A stretch of DNA of 38,261 nucleotides from Nemertoderma westbladi. Its lineage: Eukaryota > Animalia > Xenacoelomorpha. A model generated the notes under the pieces. It did not search any database. It worked only from the letters and a program-made list of their open reading frames with translations, and had not been told where the DNA came from. Both the position numbers and the translations under genes were made by a program. Positions 1-11,553 of the stretch are shown here, in pieces; position 1 is the first letter of the stretch, and every line of letters begins with the position of its first letter. Where the stretch lies: assembly GCA_032718475.1 (NCBI GenBank), contig JAUCBJ010003185.1, positions 1-38,261 of the forward strand, given 5' to 3'.

Positions 1-31
1 TTTAGTTGACTTTAGTAGACTTGAGTATAAA

Positions 32-466
32 GTGTAGTGGCTATGTTATGTATATATAGTGTAGTGGCTTCGCGGTGTAGATAGTGTAGTGGCTTCGCGG
101 TGTATATAGTGTAGTGGCTATGTTATGTATATATAGTGTATTGGCTTCGTGGTGTATATAGTGTAGTGGCTTCGCGGTGTATATAGTGTAGTGGCTTCGC
201 GGTGTATATAGTGTAGTGGCTTCGCGGTGTATATAGTGTAGTGGCTTCGCGGTGTATATAGTGTAGTGGCTTCATGGTGTATATAGTGTAGTGGCTTCAT
301 GGTGTATATAGTGTAGTGGCTTCGCGGTGTATATAGTGTAGTGGCTTCATGGTGTATATAGTGTAGTGGCTTCATGGTGTATATAGTGTAGTGGCTTCGC
401 GGTGTATAAAGTGTAGTGGCTTCGCGGTGTATATAGTCTAGTGGCTTCGCGGTGTATATAGTGTAG
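32..466. repeat. 25-bp minisatellite (GTGTATATAGTGTAGTGGCTTCGCG)n, about 17 units
   Basis: GGCTTC recurs at 168, 193, 218, 243 and onward (period 25). Variant units carry CGTG or CATG in place of CGCG. Confidence 0.95.
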
Positions 467-761
467 TTACGTAGTTACATTGTAGTTACGGATGCGTGTC
501 TATATACTTATGACAAATGCTCCAAAACATCAGTCCATATTACACTTACTATACCGGGTTAAATTAGAGGAATATTTAAATTAATAGAAGCAGTAGTTCA
601 TTAGGTTTTGTTAACTTTCTTAGAGACAACCAATATTCTTTTTATTAATGTATTTATTTGACAATGCCAAGTAAACTATTTTTTGAAAGAGGGTATTGTG
701 TTTATTCCTAGGTAATGAAAGAATAATATGGTCCAAAATTCAATAATCGTGTCTAATAAAT

Positions 762-1673
762 ATGTCCATAGCTATTAATGGGGAAACTAATGAGAAACCT
801 CCAATGTTATATAGTGTCTGATTGGAGATGTGTGCATTGCCTTGACACGGTGAACCCGGCGTAGCATTCTTGTGAATGCGCCATCCAGAGATTTGGTGTC
901 GTCAGCAGATAGAGCCCAGCATAGAGGAGTACTGGTACTTACTGCTGCTCTAAATAATCGGACCTTAAGCTTCTGATCTATTCTGAGTGACTTCCAAATC
1001 CTGGAAAGTCCAATGCTGCCCATGCCTCTCTCTCTCCTTTATGTATTCTAAGGTCGTCCATCATCTGACTTCCGGATCTATGATCCAAGGTAACAGTAAG
1101 TCGTCCTCATGCTGAAGCATACCATCCTTTGAGCTAAAGCTCATACGATCAGACATTTCCTGAGGACTTTCAAAGATAATTGTCAAAATTTGGCTCTACT
1201 TGGAGTTAACCAAAAATGTCCATAGCTATTAATGGGGAAACTAATGAGAAACCTCCAATGTTATATAGTGTCTGATTGGAGATGTGTGCATTGCCTTGAC
1301 ACGGTGAACCCGGCGTAGCATTCTTGTGAATGCGCCATCCAGAGATTTGGTGTCGTCAGCAGATAGAGCCCAGCATAGAGGAGTACTGGTACTTACTGCT
1401 GCTCTAAATAATCGGACCTTAAGCTTCTGATCTATTCTGCGTGACTTCCAAATCCTGGAAAGTCCATTCAATGCTGCCCATGCCTCTCTCTCTCCTTTAT
1501 GTATTCTAAGGTCGTCCATCATCTGACTTCCGGATCTATGATCCAAGGTAACAGTAAGTCGTCCTCATGCTGAAGCATACCATCCTTTGAGCTAAAGCTC
1601 ATACGATCAGACATTTCCTGAGGACTTTCAAAGATAATTGTCAAAATTTGGCTCTACTTGGAGTTAACCAAAA
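762..1673. repeat. Near-identical 454-bp tandem duplication (762-1215 / 1216-1673)
   Basis: ATGTCCATAGCTATTAATGGGGAAAC begins at both 762 and 1216. The copies differ by a 4-bp indel and at least one substitution. Confidence 0.95.
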
Positions 1674-2045
1674 AAACCAACACTAGAAGCAGGCTGTTCT
1701 AATAAGCCCTCTAGTGATTGTGACAGAAGGCCTACACCTAAGGGTCTAGATCCATTTGGTACTTGGCAGGATTTCCTCGACTTCTGGAGCCAGTATGTGG
1801 AGTTACCATAACCCCATCATCATTATGATAATCACAGGACATTCGTAGGAAATTAAAATACATAATTAAGATTAAATTATATACAGATCACGTATACTGA
1901 CTGATCTTATTGCTGCAATAATTTCATCAGGAATCCCATACAATGAATGTATGCTGAACTTACGTGAGCGAGAGACTGATTCAAAGGTCTTGAAGAAGTC
2001 AACAAAGATAACAGCCAGATCACGTCTATCTGATGACATCTGATT
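786..2045 (-). mobile_element. Degenerate RTE-like LINE fragment (same family as 11554-13193), partly tandem-duplicated
   Basis: Clear nucleotide and peptide similarity to the 11.6-13.2 kb copy (LKVRLFRAAV, WALSADDTKSLDGAFTR), with many indels and internal deletions. Confidence 0.9.
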
Positions 2046-2944
2046 TAGGGGAGGGAGGGGGTCAACATTTTGGGGAAAAGTGCAGACGTCATACTTGGAC
2101 GGGCCCCATACAGGGTGATGTATGGTTTTGGTAATACGACGTTACTACTGAGGTTTTACAAAGCTCCATTTCTTAAAAGAGCTTTGTTTCTTATGACATG
2201 GATCAGGATCAGGTGCTGCATTGGGCAGGGACTGCTGTATAGAAGCACAGGCTATACTAGTGAAAATGGGTGAAATTCCAGGTGATTTCAAGGCACATGA
2301 CTCTAATACTCCTAGGACGAGCGAGCCCGGCGGTTTGTCTCAATTTAGTTTCTCTCAATTCCAGTACTTCTTTCAAATATTAGTCTATATATGTCTAGGC
2401 GGTCATTACTATCATAGAATAGTTCAGCCTGCACATGATCTACATGTAGTTATGTGGAAGCCAGATTTTGAGAAGAAACATGAAAGTCATTCATTGTCAT
2501 GCCTTCTGCTGTCATGACGATGCTTGATGGAGCAGATGATTGATTTACGTGCCTGTTTTCATGTGTTTTCAAGTTGATTTGATTAGTAAATTAGTACACA
2601 ACATGCGGTACATGGCAGGCTACAAACATTATTACTGGAAAATGCAGTACTCAGTTAGATACTCCTATAGTGAGTTTTCCGTTGCTACTATATGCCTCTA
2701 CAGTACTAAGTAAAAAAACTAATCAATAATATAGCCTAAAATTTAGTACAGTATAAGGTTTCTTCGGGCTTGCTGTCGATGTAGTAAGCCCCTATGTACC
2801 TACCAACACAGTGTGCTGTACATTACATTAACGCTACGGGTAATGTAAATGATTAAGTTAACTTTAACTTATTGGCTTCATTTAATTAGAGTAAAAAATT
2901 TATTGAATTTCTTAAGTTTGCAATCAGGAGATGGAGGTTTGCAA

Positions 2945-3084
2945 CCGCAAGTATGCATCACCGTTTGATGCATAGTTGCGGGTATTGTTACAGTTATATA
3001 TCATTTAGTTCGAAATATAAGCCATATATACACTTTTTGTCACTGATTGGTGGTATATAACTGTAATCTTACCCGCAACTATGC
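2945..3084. repeat. Nested inverted repeats, MITE-like relic
   Basis: CCGCAAGTATGCATCA (2945-2960) pairs with 2966-2981. GCATAGTTGCGGGTA...TTACAGTTATATA (2970-3000) pairs with 3054-3084. Confidence 0.6.
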
Positions 3085-3279
3085 TTCTTAATAGGTTTAC
3101 TGTTTTTAGTATGAAAGTAAACGGCCTCAGTTATGAGATTTAAAATTTTGTAACTTTTGACACGATAGACCATATACAGTGCCAAATCTGTCTTCTCTAA
3201 TGAATCGTCTATCTGAGAGTGATACGGGAATGTTCATAACGTCATGGTATTGAGAATTTGTGGAAAACGCCATCATAAG

Positions 3280-3530
3280 AGGTGTGTTTTTTTGGCTTCC
3301 TACACGACTTATTTCCAGTGCGGTCCCCCCAGAACTTTACTCCCCAGAGGAAACTCCAGTACTCATTTAGCTTCCTCTTGATGCAAGTGATGCAAGGCAG
3401 AAATGCGGCCCTGGCTGGTCCCTTTAAAGCCTTCATGCCGAAACGAAAACTGCCCTGGCCCATGTGAGGATCGAACCCACGACCTACGGGAGATGTGAAT
3501 TCAGTGCGACCACTACACCAAGGTGGAACC
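3280..3530 (-). mobile_element. tRNA-derived SINE
   Basis: Minus strand has an A box TGGTGTAGTGG (3510-3520) and a B box GGTTCGATCC (3468-3477). The body is homologous to the copy at 22225-22467. The 3' end is uncertain. Confidence 0.8.
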
Positions 3531-4336
3531 TAAGGGGGAGGTTCTTATTCAGCTTCTTATTCAATCCAAACAAATCGTGCTTCAAAACAACGAAATATAT
3601 GTGATGTTCTTGTGACTTGAGCCACAAAGAATACGGCTATTATGTCGAAGAATATGTTATTCCCCAACCTGAGGTCGGGAACATTTTTGCAATGCGCCGA
3701 AGCATAACTCCGAAGATGACGATTATGAAAAATCATCCCTCCATATCATCCAATTAATGTCGAAACTGAAAGTAATACTCATTATTTTGGTCATAGAGTT
3801 TAGAAGGATGAAGATTACTCAGAATATTTAAATTGCTAAAATATGATGAACTTTATAAGCTGATACATATGGGTCTTATCCAACGGTAAGAAGGGTTATA
3901 ATTTAATTTAGTGAGTACTTTCTGGCCTAGGCCTTTCTTTCTTTTACATATGGGGGCTTTTATATACAGCGATAAAAGCGATAGGCCTACCCTTTGAAAT
4001 AGATTATAAAGGTGTATTATGCATTTTGTATTATCTGCCTTGTATATTATTGCTTGGTATTAAAGAGATAGAGATGGCACAAACCAGCCCTCCCCCCTTA
4101 AATATATTATAATGATCATAAATGTTGTCACGTTCTGATCGAATAAGTTCGCAGATAAAAAGATTATGTTTATTATTGTTCCCCACAATATGTCGCTTAA
4201 ACTACAATAAGAATGATAGATAACACACAGTAAATTGATAACATATGGTATTATTTAGTATCAATTTTATGTCAATAATGGTGCCATAACATATTGAGAT
4301 ATAAATGGGTTTGTGACTGGTGCAAAAAAGCGAAAC

Positions 4337-4519
4337 AGGGGGGAACTGGACGCAAATCCAATCTCGTCCCGATGTTATATTAACTACAGTATGTTAATTT
4401 AACAAGAAACGACAATTCAATAGCCCAGGTTTCAGTTTCATATTTGGTAGTAATCAGCTGTTACTTACTTCGATTTCCTCTGCAAAGTAATGAATTTTAT
4501 TGCGTCCAGAGTCCCCCCT
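4337..4519. mobile_element. Small MITE-like element with imperfect TIRs
   Basis: AGGGGGGAACTGGACGCAA ... TTGCGTCCAGAGTCCCCCCT; TA is present on the right flank only. Confidence 0.5.
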
Positions 4520-5349
4520 ATCCGAAAAAATCAGATCTAAGTGCAACTGTCGTGCGTAGTGTATTTTACATTAGTTATGTTATGTGACTTCAAACCAATT
4601 GACTAGAACAGAACGATTTGTGAGGAAAAACAGTCTCTTTAAAATGATAATTATGAACCAAATAATATTATAATAATGCTGACTAATGCTACTAATGTAG
4701 TGTATAAATAGAATAAAACACAAAATATAATAAAATGTAAATTCCAAAACTTCATCATTAATATGACTTAATGCCGATAGTGTTAACAAAGAGTTATTAT
4801 ATAGCACATTATGCCTATGCAGTATGTTTTAGAAGTGAACATTACAGGTGTACACTCTAGATAATTAATTGCTTTACAATGTGACTGTACGTGCCTGAAC
4901 AACCCAGCAAACAAATTCAGTTATTATCAATATTAATATCACTAAAAAGTAAATACTAGCTAATACTAGCTCGGACGGTACCAGTACTGGAACCTCAAAC
5001 ACGAAACGTCTCGTAACAGACCGCAACTGGATGAAACAGTTTAATATTTTATCCCAACTATTTCTACTTTAATTGAGTATTAATTGAATTCCTATTAAAA
5101 AAATTTAGAATTCCCACCATGATATAATATTACACTTATGTTTTTAGAGTTTTAACAGTTACAGTATAACAGTTTTCCATTCCATTTTTTTTAATGAAAC
5201 TACGTATATACTTGTTGCAAGGTGCCTAGGTGCTGTGTTGGCGATGACCTACTATTCTATAGATACAGTATCTATATACAGTAGCCTGTACGTACAGTAA
5301 TGCGTGTAGTGTTAGAAAGATCTCCCCCGATTTCGTTTCTACGTAATAA

Positions 5350-5610
5350 TCAGATCCGTCTGCAGTACCTAGTCTGCGGCTAGATGGCGAAATGTCTTAA
5401 AGTGTGGATCAACTTCTTAAAATTGTTATTTACAATCAATTTAAGCTGAAAATTGTCAGGTAGGCCTACATAATAAACTCTCTGAATCTCTACAGAGACG
5501 TAAGCGTCTGCTGTTTCCAAGTCTGCCACTGTAGAAGGCGAAATGTCTGAAGGCGAACACTTATCCAACTTTCTTATTTAGAATCAGATTAAGCTCAAAC
5601 TTGGCACGTA
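5350..5610 (+). repeat. Dispersed fragment of the repeat family found at 14940-16100 (two CTCF-like units)
   Basis: TGCAGTACCTAGTCTGCGGCTAGATGGCGAAATGTCT and GTCTGCCACTGTAGAAGGCGAAATGTCTGAA match the units of the array. Confidence 0.7.
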
Positions 5611-6827
5611 CAGTAGCTAGCCTATTACAGTATAATCTGAGTAGACTTTTAAGTGTAGAGGAGGCTAAGTAGATTTTTAAAAACGAAATCCTCAGAAACG
5701 GATTTTAGAATTTTGGCTTTGATAAGTGAAAGCTGATACGAATCTGACTCTGACGCTGACTGAAGAAGTACTGTAAAATCGAGGCCATACCAAATATACT
5801 CCCCTGACAACCCACACAAGAAGATGACGTTCCCATGGACGACCGGCTTACACAAGTAAAAAGTAGACAAGTAGAAAGGGGTACCGGACAACCATGGAGA
5901 ATCGGGATACCTGGTCGAACTTATTTTTCACTGACCGAACTCGCTTGAGCTGCAGTACTTTAGAAACATTAGTAGGCCTAATATAAAGGATAGAATGGAT
6001 TACTGTATATCCTACATGCTACAGAATGGATAAGGAAATCATATTGGGAAACAGGGCAAGGCAAACGAAACATGAAGTTTGCAATGATCAGAGCTTGAGT
6101 AACTTTGCCTCTGATACAAAGATTTTTAGAAACTGTTATGATTACAGTAACTTGTGTCTAATACCTACTGTACCATGTAGCGAGATCTTCCCATTAACAA
6201 GTTTAAGTTATCTTTCGAATGAAAGCGATATGTTTGCACATCCCTTATCCTTATTGATCACAAATCAGTGATAACACTGCTAATGTACAGAGATCAAATA
6301 GATCGTAAGTTATTTTAATTAAGTCGAGCCTTTTATCTAAGATCAGAACTCGATTATGGTGTAGGGCCTACAGAAATGAAAGGATTTAAAGTGACGTCGT
6401 AATATTAATGTGATAAAAAAAAGTTGCTAACTTGATGTGTACAGTACTGTAGGGGTTGGATTTTTAAAGGATAAATGTAGAAAACTTTACTTTCTTCAGT
6501 AAAAAATTAGACAAGTTAATTCTTATTTTAAAATTTAGATTAACCTTGTTCAATGATGATCCACGTAGTGTAGTTTGCAAAACCACCTTACAGTATTCAC
6601 ATACACGTACTGTACTACGCCGCCATAAATGACGCCTTTATTACAATCCGAAGAATCTGCGTGTATACTCTGTTATTCTGTAATTAAAATTAACGTAAGA
6701 CTACAACGGGATGAACTCATTCAGCCACGAAGTAAGCGAGCTTAAAATTAGGGAACCATATCATTATGGCTTACTTTAACTGTGGGTTGGTCTTTATTGT
6801 GAATCCTGGTTTCGAGAAATTACAGTA

Positions 6828-8080
6828 CAGTCCCTATCTCATTCTAGATACCGTTTCTCAAACTGGGTACCTTTTCTCTTACCTCACTCTTACTAACTCA
6901 AACCTGTCTGGTTTACTCAAACCCAACTCAAACTCGCGTAACTACCCACTGTGCACTGTGTAGCATTCATGCAACAAGCTGTCTGTGTTTAATGGCCCAC
7001 TTGCTTCTGTTATACTCTGTCTACGGGTTTGATGGTCTTCTGCTGTTATAACATTCCCTAAACTTGATTTGTTTGTGTGTAATTAACTCCAGTAGACAGT
7101 GAGAATTAAGTTGCAGACTCAGTGACTCAATTAATTTTTAAATTTCAGAATAAAAAAATTATATGCTAAAAAATTATTAAACTGAAGATTTATTAATTTT
7201 TATTACATTTATTAAGTATGTATGACTCATAGCATATTAACGTTATTTTACATTAAAATATAACCATATAATATAACCAAACAATTTTATAAATTTATTT
7301 TAATGTCGCGTATATTTCGCTAATGTTTCTAATGTTTAACTTTAATGTTTTACTAATGATTAATTCTCTGTTAGTATTACATCGTCAACACTATTATTCG
7401 CAATACATCCGGGTGTGGGCATACCGGGCAAAGGGGCCAGAGGAAACCTCTGTAATTATAGACAGGGCCATATTTATGGGAGGGGGGTGGGGGGGGGGGG
7501 GGGGTGTGTTGCGAGGTCCCATATGCACTAATAATTCTTAATTAACAATTAGATTTTTAAACTGATATGTCTTGTAAGGCACCAATTGACATCAAACAGA
7601 CAGACAACACCAATTTCCCACAACAATATTCCCCAGAATTAAAACTTTCTCTACAAACAGACCGAGCCAGTGTAGTTTAGTTAACAACATACATTTAGTA
7701 AAGCCCACAAAGGAACTGTGTGATTGACATGTCTTTTATGAGACACACACAAGCCGGCCTGCCCAGCTTATGTAACTCAAGAGCCCAAGCAACACTAACA
7801 GACAGAGGCCCCTTCCCCATGTGGTGCCTCACTCAACCAGAGTAATCATCCATCCCGTACAGGAAGAGTAATGCTGAGTATGGCACAGTTGGAGGTCAAC
7901 CTAACTCAAACCATGGCGCCAGACTCTAGTTTGAGTTAGATTGAGCTGGCTGCATCTTTCTGATTTCTCAACTCTTACCCCAGTCTTACCTACTGAAATT
8001 CTCCGTTGACTATCATTAGTAAACGGTTTGAGAAATGATACCCAGTTTGAGAAATAATATTCAGAATGAGATAGGGACTG
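6828..8080. mobile_element. Non-autonomous Tc1/mariner-superfamily element, 1253 bp, TA target duplication
   Basis: TA|CAGTCCCTATCTCATTCT...TTTCTCAAACTGGGTA at the left is inverse to TACCCAGTTTGAGAAA...AGAATGAGATAGGGACTG|TA at the right. No transposase ORF. Confidence 0.85.
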
Positions 8081-8548
8081 TAGGCCCTACTGTATACACA
8101 CATACTGTACCGGTATGTTACGCCGCAAGATAACAATAATTATCACTTTGTCCTCCATCCTACTGTTGTAGTAACCTATGACTCATCTCTGGAAGGTTCT
8201 CAATTAATAATATACACTCTCGTAGTATATAAATACCACTTACCGGTACTGTAGAATGTACTGCTAGCCTACAGTAGTGTTATTATCAGTGAGTCGATGG
8301 TTAGTACTGCGGTATTTTAGTGCGTAGGGTGATACAGTATATTAGTAGATAATAAAAGTTAGTCGGGATAAAAATATCTATTAAAATTAATATTGAGAAA
8401 TATCATTTCATGAAACATCAGTCGGGTAAATTGATTTTCCAGGTCATTTATTACAATATTGTAAATTTTTGATGCCAGTCTTTAGGACGTTATTTAGCTC
8501 CGCTATATGCTTTACTCAAGGTCTGGTACAGTACCAACTGTAGGCCTA

Positions 8549-8761
8549 CACCGTCCTGGAATATACAGTAGTGTCGTAATTCAGTGACACCCCCCCCCCC
8601 CCCCTTGTCGAATTTTTTTTACAAATCGTAATGATATTGCATGAAATTTGAAATATACAGTAGTTAGTTTAATCTCCCTCCCCCTCCTTACTGGTTGCGG
8701 TAGAATTTCTATTTTGCTTTCATTCTTTAGCTATTACGACTCTACATTCCAGGACATGGTG
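8549..8761. mobile_element. MITE, TA-flanked, about 30-bp imperfect TIRs
   Basis: TA|CACCGTCCTGGAAT...GTCGTAAT pairs with ATTACGAC...ATTCCAGGACATGGTG|TA. Confidence 0.75.
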
Positions 8762-8936
8762 TAGTGCAATAGGAAATATGTAGTACATACAGGTATACAG
8801 TAGTAGGCTACATTTGAAAAAGTATGCAGTTAAAAAATAAAACGTACAAATAATTGTTTTAATATCAAACAGCGCGAGTCAGCCAGGGCTACTTTCTGAA
8901 TTTATTTTTTTAATGGAACAAATTTTTCTATATGAT

Positions 8937-9051
8937 TTATTAAGTAATTAAAACAGGATGATCCAACTCTATAGCAAATGGAGCGGAAAATCGCTCCAAT
9001 TGCTTTAGAGTTGGATCATCCTAAGTAGGTCCTGTTTTAATTACTTAATAA
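8937..9051. repeat. Long hairpin/palindrome (about 50-bp arms, 6-nt loop, 11-nt bulge)
   Basis: TTATTAAGTAATTAAAACAGGATGATCCAACTCTATAGCAAATGGAGCG / CGCTCCAATTGCTTTAGAGTTGGATCATCCT...GTTTTAATTACTTAATAA. Confidence 0.9.
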
Positions 9052-9212
9052 TTTATACTATCTATGGATGTTAAAACATAAACAATTTCCCTATAATAAT
9101 CGAGTATATTGAATTGACGTCCGTCGCTTCCGAAATATTACGTACAGCCTACACTAATTGAGCAGGTTTTCGTACCACCTTTGCGGTATATACGCTTATA
9201 TATATATACGCA

Positions 9213-9329
9213 TATAATAATATTTTAAGAATTCAAAAAGTGACAACTTATATGATCAATCACTAAGAATCTAATAATCTAATAGATCATATAAGTTGTC
9301 ACTTTTTGAATTCTTAAAATATTATTATA
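9213..9329. repeat. Perfect 45-bp inverted repeat with 27-nt spacer
   Basis: 9213-9257 is the exact reverse complement of 9285-9329. Confidence 0.95.
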
Positions 9330-11304
9330 CTAAAACAACTTGATCTCACACCCTACAGTCATATTCCCTAACTTTCTTTACTTAATTTAAACTTATATAT
9401 ACGCATAAATATATATTGATGGTATATACACTTAGCGTAGCTACGTAGGCCCTCAATGTACCTTATTCGTACAGAAACCGGCCTGTACAGTACGTAGTTT
9501 GCACAGTACGGCCTTAATACTTTATAGGGACTAGCTAGGGATCATCTCTGCCTTGCTTTCTCAAATATGGTCGCTAGATTAGTACAGGTTTCCTCTTGAG
9601 GGAGGAGGGGTTATTATTCTGGGTAAGGAGGTGGGGGTATTGGAAATAAATAGACCTAATCCCTGGCCTAACGGCCGTAGAAAACATTCAGTACCTTCAC
9701 TCACTAAAGACGTACTGTACAGTACATACATTGCAATTACACAACATCAATAGTTCCAGAGACGGTTATTGAAACTCGTTAGGCCTACTGTATAATGTCA
9801 TTAGATAATTAATGGCCGCAATTTTAAAGAGAACTGTAACAGAGTTACCTCATCAGTTATAAAAACCGGTTCAAAAAACGTAGCCATCTGGAATGAAAAC
9901 ACCAGAAGCAATCAGGAGAGCCCCAACAAAGCAAACACACCAGGTTATAAAGAATTATGGTCTTGATTGCTTATTATCCGAAAGTCCAAAGGAAGTCCGT
10001 AGGAGGCAGAAATCGAGAGCGGAAGAAGCAAGCAGCATCGGGTTCGCACCAATTAGCCAGTCAGGAAAACAATCAAATAATATCAACTCTCCCTCACAAT
10101 CGTGTCGTTTTAGTAAATAATTGATTTCTTGCCGATGCTCCATGAAATCATTCCATCATTTTGCGTTTCTTATTAATAAAGGCGGTGAGTGATTGGGTTG
10201 GGACATCACGCAAATAAGTTAAGTGCTACAGTGCAGTACATGGATTGCACTCGGGCTGTCATCATAAGCGACATACATACTGTGATGTACAGTAGGCCTA
10301 CTGTAGGCCTTCTCGAATAGACATCGTTTTGTTAAGTGGTTGGCCGCTCAAGCTCATGGTTGTCATTATAAAAAAATAAGTAAAAATTGAACAGGAGAGG
10401 AAAATGCTACAGTATAAAAAAATAATGTAGGCCTGTACAGTAGGGGCCTTCATGTACAGTTGTACCATTGTAGGCCGATGTATGACGAGGCTTCTAGAGT
10501 ACTGTGTTGTGTATCAGGCCTACTGATGATGGGTTAAAAGAAAGGGTGTGTTGTTATGAAAATTAAGCAATTCTATTCATAAGTGCAACCAGAAAATTAT
10601 GTGTACATAACCCGCTCGGTAAAAATAAGGTAAAAATAAAGAACCCACAACGCAAAGCAACAGAGGGGACAAACCATAACGTAATTTAGTGCAATTAATA
10701 TACTGTAAATATGTGTTGATTATTCATGTTAACTTATTTATCCACTAACCTCGTTAAACTTCATTAGAGCAAAAATAAAAAGAAGAGCATCCGTAAAAAT
10801 CCTAGGTTTATAAATTCTGTATGAACTGTATGCAGTCGTTAAGGCGAATACTAGGCCTCTAGCCTGTACGGTACGCACCGCACACCCATTTGCATCATGC
10901 CCCGGAATAATAGTGTACTGTATTAATTTAATGACACAGCCACCGCACCCCCTAATTTTTCTACAAATTTTAACGAAATCGAATGAAATTTGAAAATTAA
11001 ATTAAAAAATTAATAATTAAATAAAAATTTTGCTTCACACACTAAGTTTCGAATTCATTGCAATCTCAATAAGAACAGGGGGGTCATTGATTACATCATT
11101 GTAATCCGCACATGGCTTACTGTAATTTACTCGCATGTTGTATTTATATTATTCACCTTTAGCTGTATTTAACTGCTATACTTGACTGAATTGCGACATT
11201 ATATTACGAGGCATGGTGAATATGAGATGTACAGTAATATGTAACTTTTTATCGCGATTTTTGCCAGGTACAGTAAGAGTTGCAACATATTATGCAGTAC
11301 TCAC

Positions 11305-11501
11305 TCTGTGCCTAAGATTATAAGTTAGTGTGAGATTCCGAGAGAATGATATCGCGAAGGCTTGGTAGAAAGTCAATACTTCTATAAGTGACTCCCTCTT
11401 TATGCAATGTAGATCGCAATAGGTAAGAGCTCTAACGTGCGCACATGACTGCCCAAGAGAAGGTTCCTTCCAGAAATAGTCACCAAACACGTCTCCTTTT
11501 C
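11305..11501 (-). CDS. eag: EAG-subfamily (KCNH1/5-like) voltage-gated K+ channel, internal exon encoding the C-terminal part of the cyclic-nucleotide-binding homology domain
   Basis: Translates (G)[65 protein letters not shown], including the intrinsic-ligand YNL. Acceptor ttttatttcag, donor gtgagt. 197 nt, phase 1 to phase 0. Confidence 0.95.
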
Positions 11502-11553
11502 CTGAAATAAAAGATACACCGGATAGAATAAGTATAGTAATACAATAAAGTAT

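Noticed and set aside
118-375. 85-aa repetitive ORF
   Set aside because: Translation of three-unit cycles of the 25-bp minisatellite.
2047-2108. Possible PIF/Harbinger-type MITE end (GACGTCATACTTGGACGGGCCCC)
   Set aside because: Only one end is visible; no partner TIR or TSD to support it.
3455-3530. tRNA gene
   Set aside because: It has A and B boxes but no convincing cloverleaf, and it continues into a body shared with a second dispersed copy, so it is a SINE head.
9091-9141. Minus-strand VIFRK resembling the expected next eag exon start (LIFRK-like)
   Set aside because: Preceded by TAC, not AG; similarity ends at once and a stop follows after about 16 codons. The next exon was not found in the window.
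9850-10143. Overlapping short ORFs at 9893-10143
   Set aside because: No recognisable motifs or convincing splice sites; at most a decayed TE fragment.
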